Below, piece by piece: positions 16,728 through 23,058 of a stretch of DNA of 23,058 nucleotides. The notes beneath the pieces were generated by a model, which saw only the letters and a program-made list of their open reading frames with translations, did not search any database and had not been told where the DNA came from. Source of the DNA: a virus; IMG/VR virus record IMGVR_UViG_3300017725_001848; one strand, given 5' to 3'. The position numbers were made by a program, and so were the translations under genes. Positions within the stretch are counted from its first letter, which is position 1. Each line of letters begins with the position of its first letter.

Positions 16728-18915
16728 CAGTTTAGCAGACACAACGAATACTTCACCGGTTACAGAGGACCTAAGCACAGGTACTATAACAAATCCACAA
16801 TACGGATGTCCGTCAGGAACAACCGCGGCCCAAATCAATAGTTCAAATTGGGGCAGACAAACAATTCGCTTTGGCGAATGTGTTAACACCTTTGCTATAT
16901 CAAGAGCAATCAATCAAGCATTATCACAATCAGGAATATCAGTAGACAAAGCACACTACAGTTGGCGTTATGTTCACTGTTTTAATACACCATTGTTCAG
17001 TTGTAATCAAAACATAAGCAACAGAGTTAATACAGCCACAGGTGAGATTACTGATGATACTTATTGGGACGAACTACAGGTTACAGTAGAAATTACAGAT
17101 GCCAATGGAACAGTTGTTAAATCAGAAACTTGGAATATGGATAAATGGTATCAATGGAATGCGGCCAATAGTTATAGTGGTAACGAAGAAACTTCAGGTA
17201 GTGTACGTTGGCAAATAGTAGAAGGTAACATAGACTTTTATAATCACGTAGATAAAATAGGAACAATATATACACCAAATCAATTAGGCGATGTACGTTT
17301 TAGAATAGTAGGTAACGATGGTGGTAATTGGGATGGATACTATGGACCAGTTGTTAACCAAGTGAAGACTTGGTTTACTTACAGAAACAATCCTTGTACA
17401 GATACAGCCTTATATGATCCAAGTTGTCCAGGTTATGCTACAGCTCTTGCACAATATGAATACAATCAAAATTGTGCCGCCAATGCGTTATACGATCCAG
17501 GTTGTCCAGGTTATTCTACTGCATACTATAATCAACAATGTACTGCCAATGCATTATACGACAGCGGATGTCCAGGATATGCTGACGCATATTACACTCA
17601 ACAATGTCAATTAGATCCATTATATGATAGTGGATGTACAGGCTATGCTGAAGCATATTACACTCAACAATGTACTGCTGATCCATTATATGATAGTGGA
17701 TGTACAGGCTATGCTGAAGCATACTACACTCAACAATGTACTGCTAATCCATTATATGATAGTGGATGTACAGGCTATGCCGCGGCATACCTAGCACAAC
17801 AATGTTCTTTAGATGCAACATATGATAGTAGTTGTACAGGATATTTTGATGCAAAATGTGATAAAGATTCTTTATTTGATGTTGGGTGTCCGGGTTACCA
17901 ACAAGCATATTTTGATCAACAATGTTTACTTAATCCACAATATGATCAATTATGTAATGGTTATATAGCACCCGTTGTTTCAGACCCTACACAAATTGAT
18001 GATGGTACAGGAACAGGTGATGCCGTTGTTGATGATGTTATCAATACTGATACTACACCAGGAATTATACTAATACCAGTAATACCAGAACCAGAACCCG
18101 AAGTGCCTGAAATAATTGTAGTAGATAATACACAAGATACTACAACAGTTCCAGCACCATTAACAGATTTAGATGTAGAGATACCTAACGTAAGTATTGA
18201 GAATATTGAACGAGAAGTTGAACAAGAAATTGAAAGAGAATTAGAAATAGTAGTTGAAGTTGAACCAGAAACAAGTGAGCCAGAGGTTGTTGAAGATTCT
18301 TCAACAGAAGAGACTACAGAAGAATCAACTACAGAAGAAAGCACAGAAGAATCAACTGAAGAATCAACTGAAGAAAGCACAGAAGAAAGTACGGAAGAAG
18401 AGTCAACTGAAGAAGAAAGTACTGAGGAAGAAAGTACTGAAGAAGAATCAACTGAGGAAGAATCAACTGAGGAAGAGACTACAGAGGAAGAAAGTACTGA
18501 AGAAGAATCTACTGAAGAAGCAGAAGAAAAAGAAGAATCTAAAGAAGAAACTGTAGTAGCTAAGAAAGAAACTAAAAAGAAAACATTAACTAAAAAACAA
18601 AAAGCAGATGCTAAGAAAAAGAAAATGAAAGAAATAATTAAAAATAAACTAAAAGCACTAGCAGTTGAAATGGGTAAAGCACAATCATTAAAAGACCAAG
18701 CGGCACTACAACAATTAATTGCGGCACTAATAAATTATGTGCCAGGGTTTAATGAATACGGTAAATATAATATACCAGGCATAAACTTTTATCAACCAGA
18801 ATCTATATACCAAGATAAAAAAGTTCCAGAGAATCAACGTGGGTTGTTAAACGGACTTGCGAGTGAATTACTACATAAGAAAATGGTTGATATGCAATAT
18901 GAGGGTATGGAATAA
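16663..18915 (+). CDS. Large exported protein with Cys-rich repeats and an acidic EEST linker
   Basis: 750-aa ORF with signal-like N-terminus, 9 Cys repeats, E/S/T tract and basic helical C-terminal region. Confidence 0.9.
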   Translation: MINLKARLWVLVLVCCCFCYSNSLADTTNTSPVTEDLSTGTITNPQYGCPSGTTAAQINSSNWGRQTIRFGECVNTFAISRAINQALSQSGISVDKAHYSWRYVHCFNTPLFSCNQNISNRVNTATGEITDDTYWDELQVTVEITDANGTVVKSETWNMDKWYQWNAANSYSGNEETSGSVRWQIVEGNIDFYNHVDKIGTIYTPNQLGDVRFRIVGNDGGNWDGYYGPVVNQVKTWFTYRNNPCTDTALYDPSCPGYATALAQYEYNQNCAANALYDPGCPGYSTAYYNQQCTANALYDSGCPGYADAYYTQQCQLDPLYDSGCTGYAEAYYTQQCTADPLYDSGCTGYAEAYYTQQCTANPLYDSGCTGYAAAYLAQQCSLDATYDSSCTGYFDAKCDKDSLFDVGCPGYQQAYFDQQCLLNPQYDQLCNGYIAPVVSDPTQIDDGTGTGDAVVDDVINTDTTPGIILIPVIPEPEPEVPEIIVVDNTQDTTTVPAPLTDLDVEIPNVSIENIEREVEQEIERELEIVVEVEPETSEPEVVEDSSTEETTEESTTEESTEESTEESTEESTEESTEEESTEEESTEEESTEEESTEEESTEEETTEEESTEEESTEEAEEKEESKEETVVAKKETKKKTLTKKQKADAKKKKMKEIIKNKLKALAVEMGKAQSLKDQAALQQLIAALINYVPGFNEYGKYNIPGINFYQPESIYQDKKVPENQRGLLNGLASELLHKKMVDMQYEGME
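17395..17964 (+). repeat. Nine coding repeats of ~22 aa (CxxxPLYDxxCxGY...)
   Basis: 66-bp period; 17614-17679 and 17680-17745 are 65/66 identical. Confidence 0.95.
18292..18540 (+). repeat. Low-complexity coding repeat (EEST/EEEST)
   Basis: 12- and 15-bp units such as GAAGAATCAACT and GAAGAAAGTACT. Confidence 0.95.
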
Positions 18916-19253
18916 TGAATTGTTTAGTGTTAGGTTTGGCTTTGTCTATGCATTTAGGATTAGTAAATGACTATAATCAAGTACATCCTTATGCTATGTG
19001 TGAAACAGATAATACTATTACCGGCGCATACTATAATAGTTTAGATAGAACAAGTTTAGTAGGAGCATATAAGTTAAATATAAGTGAAGATTTAGTATTA
19101 GATCTTGGAGTTGTTACTGGATATGATTATGATGTTGTACCAATGACAAGATTAAGATATAAAAACTTTTTTGTAATGCCAGCATTAGAAAATAATAGAG
19201 CTGGAGTTGTACTTGGATTACAATTTAATTTTAAAGAAAGAACAAACAAATGA
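18915..19253 (+). CDS. Small beta-rich exported protein, possibly outer-membrane barrel-like
   Basis: Hydrophobic N-terminus, GAYYNS, LGVVTGY, near-terminal LGLQFNF. Confidence 0.6.
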   Translation: MNCLVLGLALSMHLGLVNDYNQVHPYAMCETDNTITGAYYNSLDRTSLVGAYKLNISEDLVLDLGVVTGYDYDVVPMTRLRYKNFFVMPALENNRAGVVLGLQFNFKERTNK

Positions 19254-19537
19254 TTTACCCAAAGTGCGAAAATGGAGGAAAACTTTATGTTACGTCAAGT
19301 AGTCAAGTAAGACCTTGTTGTTGGATTGGTGAGTACGGAAAGATAAATCAAGATAAAAAATGGAATTTAAATTACAATAGTATAGAAGATATCCTAGAAG
19401 TACAATTAAAAGAATTCGTAAAGAACGTAAAAGAAAATACTAAAAATTGGGCACAGAAGGCTTGTTATGAACAATGTAATAAACCATTTACATCAGTTGA
19501 CAATCCAATAGAAAACTGGGTAAAGGTTAAAAAATGA
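19250..19537 (+). CDS. Stand-alone SPASM/twitch-like Fe-S domain protein
   Basis: PKC...VRPCCW...ACYEQC; ATGA-coupled to the downstream radical SAM gene. Confidence 0.75.
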   Translation: MIYPKCENGGKLYVTSSSQVRPCCWIGEYGKINQDKKWNLNYNSIEDILEVQLKEFVKNVKENTKNWAQKACYEQCNKPFTSVDNPIENWVKVKK

Positions 19538-20187
19538 ATACAGGAATGTCACTACATTTAGAAATGAGTAAAAGGTGTCTACTTGAATGCCCTAAATGCC
19601 CAAGAACTATTCGTAGAGGCACGTATACTATTGACGATTTAAATATTAACCATGCAAAAGAACTAGTACTTAAAACAAGACCAAGTGATGTTGTTATGTC
19701 TGGTAACTTGGGTGATCCTATATATCATCCAAACTTAATTGAATTTGTAAGATGGTTAAACTTAACCAATTACCCGTTTGCAATTCATACTAATGGATCA
19801 GGAAAGAAAGTATCTTGGTGGGAAAAGTTTTATGATTCATACAAAGAATACAATAAAAAACCAAATGGAAATAAATATAACAAAATTTGGTTCGGAATTG
19901 ATGGACTAGAAGATACAGCTCACAAATATAGAGTTGGCATTAATTGGCAACAGTCATTTGATGCAATGTGTTTAGGTGTTAAAAAAGGTAAACAAGTTAA
20001 TTGGCAATGGATCCCATTTAGTTTTAACGAACACCAGATAGATGAAGCTAGGAAACTAGCAAAAGACAATGGAATTAATCTTGTACTTAGATTAAGTGGA
20101 AGATGGACTTCTAAAGATGATCCATTAAGACCTTCCGCAAAATGGCTTCCCGAAGAAGTACATGACGGAAATAATAAGGAGATATAA
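19534..20187 (+). CDS. Radical SAM protein
   Basis: CLLECPKC, GNLGDP, HTNGS, FGIDG. Confidence 0.9.
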   Translation: MNTGMSLHLEMSKRCLLECPKCPRTIRRGTYTIDDLNINHAKELVLKTRPSDVVMSGNLGDPIYHPNLIEFVRWLNLTNYPFAIHTNGSGKKVSWWEKFYDSYKEYNKKPNGNKYNKIWFGIDGLEDTAHKYRVGINWQQSFDAMCLGVKKGKQVNWQWIPFSFNEHQIDEARKLAKDNGINLVLRLSGRWTSKDDPLRPSAKWLPEEVHDGNNKEI

Positions 20188-20188
20188 C

Positions 20189-20689
20189 ATGGCTGAAATA
20201 GAATACAAAGGTCTAAAGGTAGGCGGAAGTAAACTATTATTAATAATTCCTTTACTAGGTATGATAAGTGGAGCTCTATGGGGAGGTTTTGAATTTTACA
20301 AAGACTACTCAAATATGAAAGATAAGATCGAACAGTATGTAGCACCAGACCTAAGTGGAATTAAAGCAGAACTAGCAGTAGTCAACACTAAACTTGACGA
20401 AGCACTAGATTATTCTAAAGATATTAAGAATGGTTTACGTGATGATATTGTTAGACTAGAACGTATTGTTGATCAAGTTGAAGATGATGTAAACAAAACT
20501 GAAGAAGATGTTCGTGTAGCTATCGATCTAGCTGACCAACGTTTTGAAAACAAACGTGATCAACTGTTAACTGATTACGAACAAAAAGCTGATAGTTTAC
20601 GTACTAGTACTGATTTAAAACTTAAAGAACTTGAATCTAGACTTAATAAAAGATTACAAAGAGCATTAGATAATCCACTAGCTCAATAA
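20189..20689 (+). CDS. Membrane-anchored coiled-coil protein
   Basis: AAGGAG SD before ATG 20189 (track start 20162); N-terminal TM helix then heptad-rich helix. Confidence 0.85.
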   Translation: MAEIEYKGLKVGGSKLLLIIPLLGMISGALWGGFEFYKDYSNMKDKIEQYVAPDLSGIKAELAVVNTKLDEALDYSKDIKNGLRDDIVRLERIVDQVEDDVNKTEEDVRVAIDLADQRFENKRDQLLTDYEQKADSLRTSTDLKLKELESRLNKRLQRALDNPLAQ

Positions 20690-21895
20690 TTATTTAGGTT
20701 TAACTTTTGATTTAGGACATATTCTGTTACAGATAGTTATATTTTCAAAGTTATTCATAATCTTTTTAAACGCAACACCTGAGATAATTTCATCTCGGGT
20801 GTTTTCGTATATACTCAGTGACTTAACATCTTCATCTGTAATTCCTGCTTCTTTAAAGTTATTCTTTTGATCAACACGCATAAAACAACAAGGCAAATAC
20901 AATCCTTCACTTGATATAAAGTTAGTATAATTTTCCATATTCATACATTGTGGAAAAACACTCTTAGTTTCAATAGCTTCTTTCTTAAATCTAATTGGCT
21001 GTTGAGCAAATTTGTTTAGTTGCCTTGCTTTAAGTTCTAATTCTTTTACCCCTGGCTTATTTTCTATATCAATAACTTTAGTAGTTTTGTCTTTTATTCT
21101 AAGATTATGTGCCTCAGGGTCTTTGTTTTCTATAATTTCTTTTATTTTAAATTGACTTGTTCTTGGTGTAATAGCAATTTTTAATCTAGTAATATGTTTT
21201 TGATATTGAAACTTTCCGTAATATGCGAGAGCTTCTTTTTCTTTCATATAAACATATTCTTCTAGTTTAGTTAAGTTCTTATCAAATTCTTCTTTATTAG
21301 CTAACATTTCTGGAGGAGCTCTATGAGTATGTACTACAACAAATTGAAAGAAGCCTAACTCTCTGGCAGTATCGTATGCAAGTTTCATATCTTCAAAACT
21401 TTGATTATATTTAAAAACAATGTATTTCCATCTAAGTCTAGCTCCATAACTTACTAAAGTTTCTACACCTATTTTGATACTAGGCCAGTCTGCATTCACT
21501 CTATATTTTGTAAAGTTTTCTGGAGTTCCATCTATACTAAAAACAATAAAATCTTGTTTGTTTACTAGCTTACCAATTGCCTCCCAATCTTCTTTTTTAC
21601 GATAACTTCCGTTAGTGTCAAATATAAATCTACCGTTTGGTAGGCTTTTTATAGCTTTTATTACCTTAATTAATTGTGGATGATATAACGCATCTCCATA
21701 CGCACCTGCTAATCTAAAGTCGTAAGCATTAGTGGAATGAAGAAACTCAATTAAATCATCTTCTTTTATATTACCATTGTCCCATTCTTTTCTACGATGT
21801 TGTTGGTATGTTCTAGGACAATTAGGACACTTAATGGTACACTTAGAAGTGAGTTCTAATTCTATTTTATTTGAGACCGGAAATTGATGTTGCAT
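20690..21895 (-). CDS. Radical SAM protein fused to a C-terminal SPASM/twitch-like domain
   Basis: CTIKCPNC, GAYGD, DTNGS, FSIDG; C-terminal PQC...GLYLPCC...CNRIC. Confidence 0.9.
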   Translation of the reverse strand: MQHQFPVSNKIELELTSKCTIKCPNCPRTYQQHRRKEWDNGNIKEDDLIEFLHSTNAYDFRLAGAYGDALYHPQLIKVIKAIKSLPNGRFIFDTNGSYRKKEDWEAIGKLVNKQDFIVFSIDGTPENFTKYRVNADWPSIKIGVETLVSYGARLRWKYIVFKYNQSFEDMKLAYDTARELGFFQFVVVHTHRAPPEMLANKEEFDKNLTKLEEYVYMKEKEALAYYGKFQYQKHITRLKIAITPRTSQFKIKEIIENKDPEAHNLRIKDKTTKVIDIENKPGVKELELKARQLNKFAQQPIRFKKEAIETKSVFPQCMNMENYTNFISSEGLYLPCCFMRVDQKNNFKEAGITDEDVKSLSIYENTRDEIISGVAFKKIMNNFENITICNRICPKSKVKPK

Positions 21896-21900
21896 AAATA

Positions 21901-21908
21901 TATTTATG
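21901..21908 (-). promoter_or_regulatory. Late-promoter motif CATAAATA
   Basis: 5 nt upstream of ATG 21895. Confidence 0.6.
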
Positions 21909-21919
21909 TTAAGTATAAC

Positions 21920-21948
21920 TTGACAAATCCAACACTACTGTATATAAT
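21920..21948 (+). promoter_or_regulatory. Consensus sigma70 promoter TTGACA-N17-TATAAT
   Basis: -35 at 21920-21925, -10 at 21943-21948; ATG 9 nt downstream. Confidence 0.85.
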
Positions 21949-21957
21949 AGAGTATAA

Positions 21958-22584
21958 ATGAGCAGATTATTAATTATAACAGGACCTCAAGGTTCAGGTA
22001 ACCATGTTTTCAGTAAATGTTTAGCAGTACATGAAGATGTATATGGCTGGAAAAGTCTACTGAACACGTATTGGGAAGGACATCACCATGAACCATTTGC
22101 TGATATGTGGCAAGATCCTGAACTGTTAAGAGAGTTTGATTGGACACAAAGTGAACATTTTGTTACTAGTGTTAGCTGTCCTTATTTTAAAGATCAGAAA
22201 CCTCATTCTCCTGCTTATAAAGAATTTATTAAAATAGCAGAAGAGTATGTTGATGTAGTAGATGTTGGTATTATTGGTAGAGATCAAACTATACTAGAGT
22301 ATCAACAAAACAGAATTAGAAAAGCTCATACAACACCAATAGCAAAAGAAAACTTTAAATGGTTGTTAGAAAAACAAAGATGTACATTTTTAAGTCAAGA
22401 ACTATTGTATTTGTATAAGAGCAGTTACTTAGAACAAGTGGGTAGAGATTTAGATTGGCCTATTGCTTATTGGGATCCAGAAATAGATGAGATCCTAAAA
22501 GAAGATGCGAACAAAAAGTATATCAAACCAGCCGACGAACATTGGTTAGACTCTGAAGTATACAGAGCAGTTCGCGAAAGTTAG
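21958..22584 (+). CDS. P-loop protein, sulfotransferase-like
   Basis: IITGPQGSGNH loop and later IIGRD resembling the 3'-PB motif. Confidence 0.6.
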   Translation: MSRLLIITGPQGSGNHVFSKCLAVHEDVYGWKSLLNTYWEGHHHEPFADMWQDPELLREFDWTQSEHFVTSVSCPYFKDQKPHSPAYKEFIKIAEEYVDVVDVGIIGRDQTILEYQQNRIRKAHTTPIAKENFKWLLEKQRCTFLSQELLYLYKSSYLEQVGRDLDWPIAYWDPEIDEILKEDANKKYIKPADEHWLDSEVYRAVRES

Positions 22585-22594
22585 AGAGAATTAT

Positions 22595-23058
22595 ATGTTA
22601 GATGTTTTTATGTTAACCTTTGGAGAGCCAGAGGCAGATGATAATTTTGAAATATTAAAACAAAAAGCACCACACGCAAAACGCATAGATGGTATTGAAG
22701 GATTACTGAACGCACACAAAGCCTGTGCAGAAGAATCTAAAACAAGTTACTTCTATGTATGTGATGCTGATGCAGTTATACAAGAAAACTTTCAGTTTAA
22801 GTTTGAACCAAGCGACAGAAGAGAAGCATATCCTGGAGTTCCAGAAACTGAATGTGTATTTACATACAGAAGTCATAATCCTATTAATGATTTGATATAT
22901 GGATATGGTGGACTTAAACTGTTTCCTAAAAAGAATTTATTAGCAGTAGAAGAATTTAAAGTTGATATGACTACAAGTATAGGAGCAAAGTTTGTTCCTA
23001 AATTTGAGATAAGCAATGTTACAGCATTCAATACTGATCCATTTAATACATGGCGTAG
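22595..23058 (+). CDS. Glycosyltransferase-like protein (GT-A, DxD), runs off the window edge
   Basis: Manually translated MLDVFMLTFGEPEADDNF...AHKACA...FYVCDADA...YGYGGLKLFPK; open to the end of the window. Confidence 0.75.
   Translation, partial: MLDVFMLTFGEPEADDNFEILKQKAPHAKRIDGIEGLLNAHKACAEESKTSYFYVCDADAVIQENFQFKFEPSDRREAYPGVPETECVFTYRSHNPINDLIYGYGGLKLFPKKNLLAVEEFKVDMTTSIGAKFVPKFEISNVTAFNTDPFNTWR

Noticed and set aside
17395-17964. Cys repeats as RiPP precursor for the neighbouring radical SAM/SPASM enzymes
   Set aside because: Embedded in a large exported protein with paired Cys suited to disulfides; no leader, RRE or peptidase seen. Not strictly excluded
17414-18556. Alternative-frame ORFs 17414..17614, 17516..17722, 17961..18380, 18254..18556
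   Set aside because: Shadows of the repeats in the 750-aa gene
2247-20345. Other antisense ORFs in the track (e.g. 2247, 4403, 4764, 5604, 6062, 7008, 7252, 7455, 11699, 12237, 12448, 14012, 14789, 16232, 16719, 19920) and same-strand 15446
   Set aside because: They overlap well-supported genes and show no motifs
1-23058. tRNA, rRNA, IS, integrase, retron or DGR
   Set aside because: No cloverleaf, transposase, recombinase or reverse transcriptase motifs found by eye

Overview
AT-rich, gene-dense accessory region that most likely comes from a large T4-like (probably aquatic) bacteriophage. This is inferred from sigma70-type early promoters, TAAATA late-promoter motifs and many tiny coupled ORFs; no hallmark virion or replication gene is in the window. 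It encodes many tailoring enzymes: a carbamoyltransferase, three radical SAM/SPASM-like systems (two split, one fused), an APS kinase, an HxGH nucleotidyltransferase, sulfotransferase-like P-loop proteins, a methyltransferase, two 2OG-Fe(II) oxygenases, an amidinotransferase-fold protein and a glycosyltransferase. It also carries a TctC/TctA transporter without TctB, three small host-like regulators (SutA-like, Hc1-like, Fis-type HTH), a GIY-YIG nuclease and a module of exported proteins with Cys-rich and EEST repeats. The most striking unexplained elements are a ~330-nt, highly structured, apparently non-coding RNA with its own promoter and terminator (1293-1627, minus strand) and a multi-stem leader upstream of tctC. 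All family calls are by motif recognition only; no searches were run.
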